64,000 nucleotides of DNA from a virus. Positions within the stretch are counted from its first letter, which is position 1. The number at the start of each line of letters is the position of its first letter. The stretch is taken from positions 1 to 64,000 of IMG/VR virus record IMGVR_UViG_3300032285_001268; one strand, written 5' to 3'. Made by a program: the position numbers and the translations under genes. The notes below the pieces were generated by a model. The model had not been told where the DNA came from. It made no database searches and saw only the letters and a program-made list of their open reading frames with translations. This document shows, in pieces, positions 30,292 through 37,484 of this stretch.

Positions 30292-30320
30292 AGTATACGA
30301 TCTTGGGCCCAAAGTGTCAA
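30292..30320 (-). promoter_or_regulatory. antisense sigma70-type promoter inside the early array
   Basis: TTGACA(30320-30315)-17-TATACT(30297-30292). Confidence 0.8.
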
Positions 30321-30421
30321 CCCCAGGGGCAGAGGTGTGGCTAAAATACAACATCATTTTGGCTTGACATTTTGGCTAGTGTGCGCTATAATAAGTTTTT
30401 TACAGCAAACAGGAGCCTACA

Positions 30422-30586
30422 ATGCAATATTTTACTGTGTATCTGCGCTACGATAACGTAGAAGATTTGTGTGCTGTTAATGCTACTAGCGCAGAGGAAG
30501 CTATTGCTAAAGCGCAAGCATACTACAATGCACACGCAGAATTTTTAGACACTACTGTAACAGTTTATAAAGCAGTAGCAAGTTGA
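30422..30586 (+). CDS. small early hypothetical protein (54 aa)
   Basis: Found by hand: promoter, AGGAG, MQYFTVYLRYDNVEDL...; stop overlaps the next -35. Confidence 0.65.
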   Translation: MQYFTVYLRYDNVEDLCAVNATSAEEAIAKAQAYYNAHAEFLDTTVTVYKAVAS

Positions 30587-30637
30587 CATTTTGGACTAAG
30601 TGCAGTATAATTAACACTTACACACACAGGAGCACAC

Positions 30638-30862
30638 ATGTTTACAAATTGCATAGCCCGCGCTAAGTTAAACTACAACAAAAAATTAAAAACATATAAA
30701 CTGCTAGTAGCATTTATTAATAACGGAGACAGCATTACGCAACGCAATGCAAGTTTTATTAGCGGAGATTTGTGCGCAGAAACTATACAAAAAGACTTAG
30801 TGCGTGTGCTACAAACAGCACAGCAAACTCTGCGCACTAACAACATACAATTACTAGACTAA
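30638..30862 (+). CDS. early hypothetical protein
   Basis: Promoter plus AGGAG. Confidence 0.65.
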   Translation: MFTNCIARAKLNYNKKLKTYKLLVAFINNGDSITQRNASFISGDLCAETIQKDLVRVLQTAQQTLRTNNIQLLD

Positions 30863-30937
30863 ACTAGTAAACTAATACATAGCGCATTTGACTTTTTGGG
30901 CTAAGTGCGCTATAATTAGTTTTTTAAGGAGCGCAAA

Positions 30938-31186
30938 ATGGGACAGTACGCAAACACAGTTAACGCATACGCAGAAGACGAAGCACGAGCACGAGTTTAC
31001 AAAACGCAAAGACGTTTGCAAAGTTGGGGACAAACAAGTTACATGTTAAATGTAACTACTAACAAGTTCCGCAACGACATAGAAAAAAAAGCAGTTAAAT
31101 TAATTGCTAAGATGGAACTTGAAAAACTTGCGCAAATGCAAAAAGAGATTGCACAGTTAAAAGCAAAACATAGCATTACAGACTAA
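30938..31186 (+). CDS. early hypothetical protein
   Basis: Promoter plus AAGGAGCG. Confidence 0.65.
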   Translation: MGQYANTVNAYAEDEARARVYKTQRRLQSWGQTSYMLNVTTNKFRNDIEKKAVKLIAKMELEKLAQMQKEIAQLKAKHSITD

Positions 31187-31260
31187 AGGGTTAATACATA
31201 GCGCACTTGACATTTTGGACTAAGTGCGCTATAATTAGTTTTTTAGCAGTAAGGAGCAGT

Positions 31261-31530
31261 ATGTTGTTTAACACAAAGCAAATACGTGCATTAGCACGTA
31301 ATGTCAGTAACGTAAGCGCAAGTTATACGGACAGGACAAATAAAAAAGACAAAACAAGCAAAAGACGTACAGTAGTATTTTGTTTTAGCAATGCACAGGA
31401 TGCGGACACTTTAGCAAACTACTTGCGAGCTACTTGTGCAAACGAAGTAACACAGACTTGTGTTGCTAGAGATTACATAACACGCACATGGGGCGGAAGT
31501 TATGTACGTGTAAAAGCAGATTTAGCATAA
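31261..31530 (+). CDS. early hypothetical protein
   Basis: ATG 31261 after AAGGAG, downstream of promoter 31207. Confidence 0.65.
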   Translation: MLFNTKQIRALARNVSNVSASYTDRTNKKDKTSKRRTVVFCFSNAQDADTLANYLRATCANEVTQTCVARDYITRTWGGSYVRVKADLA

Positions 31531-31539
31531 GGAGTAAAC

Positions 31540-31701
31540 ATGCAGACATTTGTATACAAAAAAACACAAACACATTATTTGCACATAGATGCAGAAACGC
31601 AAGAGGAAGCAGACGCTATTGCAGACACAGTTGACATATATGCGGACAATGTATATGCAACGGAACTAGACGGTTGGGAATTAACAGATGGAGAAGTATA
31701 A
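31540..31701 (+). CDS. small acidic early protein (53 aa)
   Basis: Found by hand: AAGGAG, MQTFVYKKTQTHYLHIDAETQEEADAIAD... Confidence 0.6.
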   Translation: MQTFVYKKTQTHYLHIDAETQEEADAIADTVDIYADNVYATELDGWELTDGEV

Positions 31702-31877
31702 TGACAATACAATACGTAGATGCAAAGGCGGAGATTTTTAAATTACTTGCACAAGTGGAGACACTATTGCTAGAAGCAACTTGCGAAGGCGAGCAAATAG
31801 CGGGCACACGATGGGGTGACGAGATGTTTAACACACATGCGGAACTAGTGCAAATGGTTGACTACTACATAGACTAA
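31701..31877 (+). CDS. small early hypothetical protein
   Basis: TAATG coupling to the previous ORF. Confidence 0.6.
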   Translation: MTIQYVDAKAEIFKLLAQVETLLLEATCEGEQIAGTRWGDEMFNTHAELVQMVDYYID

Positions 31878-31886
31878 GGAGCGATT

Positions 31887-32054
31887 ATGACTAAGCTATA
31901 CCAAGTCACTTACACACTAACAGTGACAGAGGAAGTAGAAGCAGATAGCAAAGCAGACGCTGAGCAGGCGTTTAGCGAACTGTTTAGCGATGCTAACGAC
32001 TTGACCTGCTTGGGCAAGTATAAAGTTAAATGCTTGGGCAAAGCAGACGATTGA
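31887..32054 (+). CDS. small early hypothetical protein (55 aa)
   Basis: Found by hand: AAGGAGCGAT, MTKLYQVTYTLTVTEEVEADSKADAE...; stop overlaps the next -35. Confidence 0.65.
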   Translation: MTKLYQVTYTLTVTEEVEADSKADAEQAFSELFSDANDLTCLGKYKVKCLGKADD

Positions 32055-32101
32055 CATTTTGAGCAAAGTATAGTATAATTGTTTTTTAAGGAGCGAAACT
32101 T

Positions 32102-32458
32102 ATGCAAGCAACACAGTTTAAAGTTAGCAAAAAGCTAACACTAGTAGGCGTTACACAAGAAGACGACACTACTTGTACAGAGTACAAGTGCAAAGTAAAA
32201 GTGCAACTAGCAGGCGACAGTATTTGGGACTGTAATTTAAAAACAGTTACAATTAAAGAGATACACATTGCAGAGACAGACTGGGGCGATGGCGACACTA
32301 ACATACACATTGCAGTTGTACACACAGGCGGTGACGACAGCTGGCGCATATACACAGACAGCGGATTTGAGGCTGCTGTTAGCGACTTGCTAGGGACAGA
32401 CGTTAGTTTTACAGAGCAGGGCATGCAAGACGACGGCTACGCGAGTATGGAGTTGTAA
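32102..32458 (+). CDS. early hypothetical protein
   Basis: Promoter plus GGAGCGAA. Confidence 0.7.
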   Translation: MQATQFKVSKKLTLVGVTQEDDTTCTEYKCKVKVQLAGDSIWDCNLKTVTIKEIHIAETDWGDGDTNIHIAVVHTGGDDSWRIYTDSGFEAAVSDLLGTDVSFTEQGMQDDGYASMEL

Positions 32459-32526
32459 TACATAGCGCACTTGACTTTTTGGGTTAAGTGCGCTATAATT
32501 AACACTTACACACAGCAGGAGCGAAT

Positions 32527-32853
32527 ATGTTTAATGCAAAAGATTTAGGCAAGCAGTTTATTAAGTTAGTGCAAGCTAAAGACACAGACTTAGTAGAAGA
32601 TATTGTTGACTACGACGGCGAGGATACTTACTTGCTAGACTGTTATGTAGACGACGGCGAAGCTACAGACTATGCTAGCATAGACGAGTTAATTGCTAAA
32701 GGCATTGACGGAATTGAAACTGTAGATACTGTAACAGTAATGGGTAGCGCAAGCGGCGACACACGCTGTTACAGCAATACTGTTACAGCAATAGTACTAG
32801 ACGATGGTACTAAGTGGATGGATGCGGCATACTACGATTTAATTTTTGCTTAA
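32527..32853 (+). CDS. acidic early hypothetical protein
   Basis: Promoter plus GGAGCGAAT. Confidence 0.7.
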   Translation: MFNAKDLGKQFIKLVQAKDTDLVEDIVDYDGEDTYLLDCYVDDGEATDYASIDELIAKGIDGIETVDTVTVMGSASGDTRCYSNTVTAIVLDDGTKWMDAAYYDLIFA

Positions 32854-32862
32854 GGAGACTGT

Positions 32863-33051
32863 ATGAGCAACATGAGCAAAGCAATAGCATTGCATAAGGC
32901 AGTGCAGATGTTAGAGGAAGTAGACGCACTAGTGCAAAAAACACTAGGGGCTAGTGACGACTGTTACGATGTGCATTGTGCGCTGGAGGACTTGCAGGAT
33001 ACACTTGCAGGTTTTGCAGAGCAGTTAGAGGAAATGCAAATAACAGAGTAA
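32863..33051 (+). CDS. small acidic early protein
   Basis: AAGGAG RBS. Confidence 0.6.
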   Translation: MSNMSKAIALHKAVQMLEEVDALVQKTLGASDDCYDVHCALEDLQDTLAGFAEQLEEMQITE

Positions 33052-33132
33052 AGTGTAGGGCTTTTGGGCAAGCTGGTTGACAGTTTGCCCAAATCGCAGT
33101 ATACTATAGGCTAAGTTAACAAGGAGCGAACA

Positions 33133-33435
33133 ATGTTAAACATCAGCAAAATCGTAAAGGTCTACAACGGCAAAGTAGGTTGCATGTGCGGGTGTGGCGG
33201 CAAGTACAGCTACACAGCTGACGGGGCTACAAACTATGGCCCAGGCTATGACGTCTCCGACATGATTAACGAGCGTAGTGTACGCATTATTACAAAAAAG
33301 ATCCTCAGCAATCCTCTTGTCAAGTTTGAAGACAATTATGCTTATGTAGAGGACCGTGCCCGTAACAAGATGCAAATGGTTGTGTTCAAAGAGCCACAAG
33401 AGGTCTACAGCCCATTTGACACTTGTAACAGCTGA
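33133..33435 (+). CDS. early hypothetical protein
   Basis: Promoter plus GGAGCGAAC; GCMCGCGG. Confidence 0.7.
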   Translation: MLNISKIVKVYNGKVGCMCGCGGKYSYTADGATNYGPGYDVSDMINERSVRIITKKILSNPLVKFEDNYAYVEDRARNKMQMVVFKEPQEVYSPFDTCNS

Positions 33436-33473
33436 CAGTATAATTAAAACTTAAACACAGCAAGGAGCGAACC

Positions 33474-33719
33474 ATGCAGGTTAAAGAGCTAATTGAAGAA
33501 CTCAAGTACATGGACCCAGATGCCGAAGTACACTTCGCCTATAACTATGGCGATCACTGGCGCACTGAAGTGGCCCCAAAGGTCAGTCGGGTGCAGTCGG
33601 GTGCAGTGGAGTTTAGTGACTACCACCGCATGGACAAGGTAGCTGAAGAGGACGAGTGCTGGGACGAAGATACTGGCGATTGGAAAGAAGACGTCCGCAG
33701 GGTTGTGATTATTGATTAA
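33474..33719 (+). CDS. early hypothetical protein
   Basis: Promoter plus GGAGCGAAC; VKELIEELKYMDPDAEV start common in small phage proteins. Confidence 0.7.
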   Translation: MQVKELIEELKYMDPDAEVHFAYNYGDHWRTEVAPKVSRVQSGAVEFSDYHRMDKVAEEDECWDEDTGDWKEDVRRVVIID

Positions 33720-33785
33720 CCCGTAGAACTGAAGGGGATTTGACAAGAGTCTCCTTTGGTGCTATAATTGAGTTAAGTTAGAAAT

Positions 33786-33961
33786 TAGGGGTTACCTACA
33801 CCGTTAGGCCCTTGGAGAGGTGGAAGCGTTCCGACGGGGACCTAGTATCCAGGGCAAGAAGGCAGACCTTCGGGCGAAGCTGGCGGGTAGAGTAGGCTGT
33901 AATGACGAAGGCAACTGACGCCCTGGAGACGGTCCTAGGCAGTTAGACCGGAGTTCCCCTA
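33786..33961 (+). ncRNA. candidate structured non-coding RNA (about 176 nt)
   Basis: Dedicated promoter at 33740-33768, no RBS/ORF; closing stem TAGGGG/CCCCTA, nested GGACC/GGTCC and TCCAGGGC/GCCCTGGA, UUCG loop. Confidence 0.6.
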
Positions 33962-34023
33962 GTTGACAACACTATCATTTGGTTGTATAATACATTTTTC
34001 AACAGTACTTAAAGGAGCGAACG

Positions 34024-34515
34024 ATGGGTACACGAAGCATGATTGCTATTCAAAATCCACATAGCAAACAAATCCGCGCAGTCTACTGCCACTGGGATGG
34101 CTACTTGGAGCACAACGGCGCTATCTTGCAGAAGCACTATGCCGCAAGCCCTAAAGTCAACAACCTTATTGCCTTAGGCGACTTGTCTAGCCTGCGCCCT
34201 GAGATTGGTGTGCAACACGCATTCAGCTCGCTTGATGTACCCAAGCAAGAGCAAGAGGCTTACGATAAAGAGCACGGCAACAGTTGCACGTTCTACGGAC
34301 GTGACAGAGGCGAGAAGGACGTGGGCTTTAAGGTGTTTGACACGCTGGCTAAGGCTTGCGATCACTACACTTGGAGCGACTACTACTACTGCTTCAAGTA
34401 CACTAAGGCCAGCGACTACACAGTTGGCGAGTGGCACTACAAGAAGAACGGCGAGCGTTGGAAGAAGCTGGCTCCTGCTATTGCTAAACTTGATCCAAAG
34501 GAGTGTGCAGAATGA
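34024..34515 (+). CDS. early hypothetical protein
   Basis: Promoter plus GGAGCGAAC; MGTRSMIAI...VYCHWDGY. Confidence 0.7.
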   Translation: MGTRSMIAIQNPHSKQIRAVYCHWDGYLEHNGAILQKHYAASPKVNNLIALGDLSSLRPEIGVQHAFSSLDVPKQEQEAYDKEHGNSCTFYGRDRGEKDVGFKVFDTLAKACDHYTWSDYYYCFKYTKASDYTVGEWHYKKNGERWKKLAPAIAKLDPKECAE

Positions 34516-34727
34516 AAAAGGTAATTGTGCGCACAGAACTATATCAGGAACTTGAGGTTCCTGATAGCTGGGATAGGTATGATGTATACGATTTCCTAGC
34601 CGAGAACGAGAGCTTCCGTGAGGCTTTCCAAGGTGTAAGTAACCAAGATCAAACAGCCCGCATCCTAGACTTGGGTGTGGTTAATGAAACAGTAACAGAG
34701 ATGGGAGAAGAAGCATATGACGACTAA
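34512..34727 (+). CDS. small acidic protein
   Basis: ATG 34512 overlaps the previous stop. Confidence 0.55.
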   Translation: MKKVIVRTELYQELEVPDSWDRYDVYDFLAENESFREAFQGVSNQDQTARILDLGVVNETVTEMGEEAYDD

Positions 34728-34896
34728 GGCCGGATATTATCGCAAGAAGGCTATGAGTGACAGCAGGTTTGCCACACTCTATGAGGACCCTACCTACGAG
34801 TTGCCCGAGGACAAAGAGTTTGACGGCCCGGGATTTATTGATGTGACAGGCTGGACAGCAGAAGAAGTGCGCCGCCTGGGTCACGCAGACGAATAA
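34717..34896 (+). CDS. small hypothetical protein (59 aa)
   Basis: Found by hand: GGAG upstream, MTTKAGYYRKKAMSDSRFATLYEDP... Confidence 0.55.
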   Translation: MTTKAGYYRKKAMSDSRFATLYEDPTYELPEDKEFDGPGFIDVTGWTAEEVRRLGHADE

Positions 34897-34980
34897 CTAG
34901 TTCGCTCCTAGTTGCCCTTGAGGCCGGCACGACCCCCTCCGAGATGGGGGTCACTTTACAGCTAGACTGTGGCTTTTTTG
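34895..34980 (+). ncRNA. 3'-UTR hairpin element carrying anti-GGAGCGAA loop
   Basis: AACTAG-TTCGCTC-CTAGTT hairpin, then GACCCCC/GGGGGTC hairpin and T-tract. Confidence 0.55.
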
Positions 34981-35067
34981 CCACACTACCAGACCAGACC
35001 CCGCTGTAGCGCGGTTGACGCCCAAGCCAAAATCCTTTATAATTACTACATAATGAAGGAGCGGGCA

Positions 35068-35208
35068 ATGAAGATCACTATCAAAATACCAAACAAAACT
35101 AGGGCACACCTAGTTCTATTTTGCAAGGACACACCCTTCAAGCAGAAGCGTGTAGAGAGCAAGATTAAATATAAACGTCAACCTAAGCACAAGGGGAAAG
35201 AGCTATGA
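35068..35208 (+). CDS. small basic protein (46 aa)
   Basis: Promoter, AAGGAGCG, K/R-rich HLVLFCKDTPFKQKRVESKIKYKRQPKHK. Confidence 0.6.
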   Translation: MKITIKIPNKTRAHLVLFCKDTPFKQKRVESKIKYKRQPKHKGKEL

Positions 35209-35453
35209 AGGGCCTAATCACCAACCAATGGGACAGGGATAACCTTAACTTCCTGCTCAATACCAAAGACAAAGATCTAAAGGATTGGCATGCACAGGCA
35301 GACGCAGACGATCTAGCCTATGCTCAGGAACTCTTGGCCGCCTACAGCCTAGAGCTGAAACTTCAGGCTGAAGAGCTCCGTATTGAGTGCGAAATGGATC
35401 TAAAGGGCGACTTTAGCCAAGCATTAGCCGTGATTGACAAGATCAAGTTTTGA
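35205..35453 (+). CDS. hypothetical protein
   Basis: ATGA coupling. Confidence 0.6.
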   Translation: MKGLITNQWDRDNLNFLLNTKDKDLKDWHAQADADDLAYAQELLAAYSLELKLQAEELRIECEMDLKGDFSQALAVIDKIKF

Positions 35454-35490
35454 TACTATAATATACACTTAAACAACAAAGGAGCGAACT

Positions 35491-35637
35491 TTGAAGACAA
35501 TGACACAGAAACTAGAGCGTGATCGCTTAAATCGGTTAAAGCGTGAGCGTAAAGCCAATCGTCAGTTTGTGCTAGGTGCAGTGATGCTGGCAACTATCTT
35601 TGTAACCCCCTTGGCCGTTGCGGCCTTACTTTCTTAA
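35491..35637 (+). CDS. small membrane peptide (48 aa, TTG start)
   Basis: Found by hand: promoter, GGAGCGAAC, basic N-half and hydrophobic C-half. Confidence 0.55.
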   Translation: MKTMTQKLERDRLNRLKRERKANRQFVLGAVMLATIFVTPLAVAALLS

Positions 35638-35652
35638 TCATAGGAGCGAACT

Positions 35653-36240
35653 ATGCCTAATTGGTGCAACAACTATCTCGAATTAACTCACGATGATCCA
35701 GCAATGATCACTCGTGCCCGTAAGGCCTTTGCAGACGGACGACTGCTGGACGAATTTGTGCCAGTGCCAGAGAGCCTACACATCGTAGCAGGTCGAGTAG
35801 GTGACGACAACGATCCCAAGCAGATTGAGCTTGAGGCACAGGAAAAGGCCAACCTTGAGACACATGGCTACGCCACTTGGTATGACTACTGCGTCAACGA
35901 GTGGGGCACCAAGTGGGATGTAGGTGGTGATGACTACAGCCCTGCAGATGAAAAAGACCCTAATCATACTCGTATGAGTTTTGATAGTGCCTGGGCACCC
36001 CCTGTGCCTGCTATGGCCAAGTTCCAGGACTTGGGCTTCCGAGTCAAGTTGATCTACTGGGAGTCGGGCATGTGCTTCGCAGGCCTGTTTGACGAGAACG
36101 GTGATGACTTCTATGAACTTGGCGGTATGACTGCTGATCAAGTGGCTGAAGAGATCAACCCAGAGATCGACGAGTGCATGTGCATCAGCGAAAGTATGCG
36201 TGAATGGGAAGAAGAAAACGCTGAAGAGGAAGAAGAATAA
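35653..36240 (+). CDS. DUF1281/YubB-like ferredoxin-fold protein
   Basis: MPNWCNN, NEWGTKWD, FDSAWAPP, YWESGMCFAG. Confidence 0.7.
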   Translation: MPNWCNNYLELTHDDPAMITRARKAFADGRLLDEFVPVPESLHIVAGRVGDDNDPKQIELEAQEKANLETHGYATWYDYCVNEWGTKWDVGGDDYSPADEKDPNHTRMSFDSAWAPPVPAMAKFQDLGFRVKLIYWESGMCFAGLFDENGDDFYELGGMTADQVAEEINPEIDECMCISESMREWEEENAEEEEE

Positions 36241-36301
36241 CGGTTGACTGCCTTACCAAAAGGCAGTACAATTAGAATTAGTAAAACAACAAGGTACAGT
36301 A

Positions 36302-36448
36302 ATGAAAACCAACAAAGAAAAGAACTTAGAACATGATGCAAGGATGCAGGCCAAGGTTAGACCAAAGCCTGTAGAGTATAATTGGGAACCATTGGATGCA
36401 GTTGTAAAGCAATGGCGCCAAAGGAGTTATCAGAATGAGCAGGCTTGA
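36302..36448 (+). CDS. small hypothetical protein (48 aa)
   Basis: Found by hand downstream of promoter 36244. Confidence 0.45.
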   Translation: MKTNKEKNLEHDARMQAKVRPKPVEYNWEPLDAVVKQWRQRSYQNEQA

Positions 36449-36716
36449 ATTCTATGCTCGTCCGTTAGTTGCCTTTGATGCACACCTAAAAGAACATCGT
36501 CAGATCTACTATCAGTTTGTCAAAACGATGAGTTGGGGTGCTAGTCCATATAGGTTTATCTGCCCAGAAGATCACGGTGGCGATTTGGTTACCATGATCC
36601 AAAGACAGATCAACGACTACTACATCCACAAAGAATTTGGCGATCGACCACCGAAACCTGAGCCTTTGGTTCGCCAAAAAAGAAAGAAAACGGTTGACAA
36701 GGGCTCAAAAAAGTAA
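36435..36716 (+). CDS. hypothetical protein
   Basis: AAGGAG RBS; ORF track. Confidence 0.6.
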   Translation: MSRLEFYARPLVAFDAHLKEHRQIYYQFVKTMSWGASPYRFICPEDHGGDLVTMIQRQINDYYIHKEFGDRPPKPEPLVRQKRKKTVDKGSKK

Positions 36717-36778
36717 TATAATTTGAACATGCTAAGAAATTGGCATTAATTTTAACACACACAGAAAGAGGTAACAAA

Positions 36779-37144
36779 ATGGCTACAGATAAAACATTTA
36801 ATGTATTTGGTGTTTCTAAACTCAATGGCGAGTACAAAGTTCGTTTCGCGAATGACGTGATGCGTATCAAGGTATTGGCCAAACATGGTCATGAAGATAT
36901 CACTCTTGTTGACTTGGAGAAGTCAGTGAGCAAGTATGAAGGTATCAAGGCTATTGCCACTATGCCAGAGTTTGCCAATGCGGCTGCTCAGAGTGCGATC
37001 GCTGAATACTTGGAAGAAAAAGCACCTAAGGCTAAGGTCTCTAAGCCTGTGGCAAAAGCCGCGAAGACTCCGGTAGCGAAGACTACCAAAGCGCCTGCGA
37101 AAGCAGTTCAGAAAGTTACTGAGAACGAAGACGCTCCTTTCTAA
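36779..37144 (+). CDS. protein with histone-H1-like K/A/P-rich tail
   Basis: ATG 36779 after AGAGG; KAPKAKVSKPVAKAAKTPVAKTTKAPAK. Confidence 0.6.
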   Translation: MATDKTFNVFGVSKLNGEYKVRFANDVMRIKVLAKHGHEDITLVDLEKSVSKYEGIKAIATMPEFANAAAQSAIAEYLEEKAPKAKVSKPVAKAAKTPVAKTTKAPAKAVQKVTENEDAPF

Positions 37145-37147
37145 TCT

Positions 37148-37330
37148 ATGTTCATTCAGTACGAAGTCTGGGGCACACTCAACGGGCATGAAGAGCTCCT
37201 TGAGTGTGTAGCAACCCTAAAAGAAGCAGAAGAGTTGGCAGAAGAAGAAAGGTTCTTTGCTGATGAGATTTGGATCCTAGAGGACACGGACGGCGACCTG
37301 AAAGAAGTTAAGCGTTACCAGGGCCTATAG
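37148..37330 (+). CDS. small acidic protein; stop codon lies inside the tRNA
   Basis: ORF track. Confidence 0.55.
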   Translation: MFIQYEVWGTLNGHEELLECVATLKEAEELAEEERFFADEIWILEDTDGDLKEVKRYQGL

Positions 37331-37397
37331 CTCAGTTGGTTAGAGCAGAGGACTCATAATCCTTTGGTCCCTGGTTCGAGTCCAGGTGGGCCCACCA
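37321..37397 (+). tRNA. tRNA with CAT anticodon, probably tRNA-Ile2 (lysidine type)
   Basis: Acceptor GGGCCTA/TGGGCCC, D-arm TAGCTCAGTTGGTTAGAGC, anticodon arm GAGGA-CTCATAA-TCCTT, T-loop GGTTCGAGTCC, encoded CCA; C4-G69 and C5-G68 favour Ile2 over elongator Met. Confidence 0.9.
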
Positions 37398-37400
37398 CTC

Positions 37401-37430
37401 AAAGGTGTTGTAGAAATACAACACCTTTTC
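37401..37430 (+). terminator. hairpin after the tRNA
   Basis: AAAGGTGTTGTA-GAAA-TACAACACCTTT followed by TCTCTT. Confidence 0.6.
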
Positions 37431-37484
37431 TCTTGACATTTTGGCTAGGCCGTGCTATACTATAGGCTAAGTTAACAAGGAGCA

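Larger units (their letters stand above)
30873..32501 (+). repeat. three near-identical 46-nt palindromic promoter modules
   Basis: taatacatagcgca(c/t)ttgac(a/t)ttttgg..taagtgcgctataatta at 30873-30918, 31192-31237, 32456-32501. Confidence 0.85.
30356..33087 (+). other. island depleted of TC and CC dinucleotides on the plus strand
   Basis: Manual count: 5 TC and 6 CC in about 2.7 kb; none from 32007 to 33087. Confidence 0.9.

Noticed and set aside
30356-33087. Diversity-generating retroelement as the cause of the compositional island
   Set aside because: No reverse transcriptase and no TR/VR pair; DGRs mutate adenines, whereas the missing class here is YC
30356-33087. Codon or amino-acid preference as the cause of the proline-free proteins
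   Set aside because: TC and CC are also missing across codon boundaries and in intergenic DNA, so the constraint is on nucleotides
33786-33961. tmRNA, tRNA or hammerhead ribozyme
   Set aside because: No tRNA-like T-loop or CCA end, too short for tmRNA with no tag ORF, and no CUGAnGA/GAAA core
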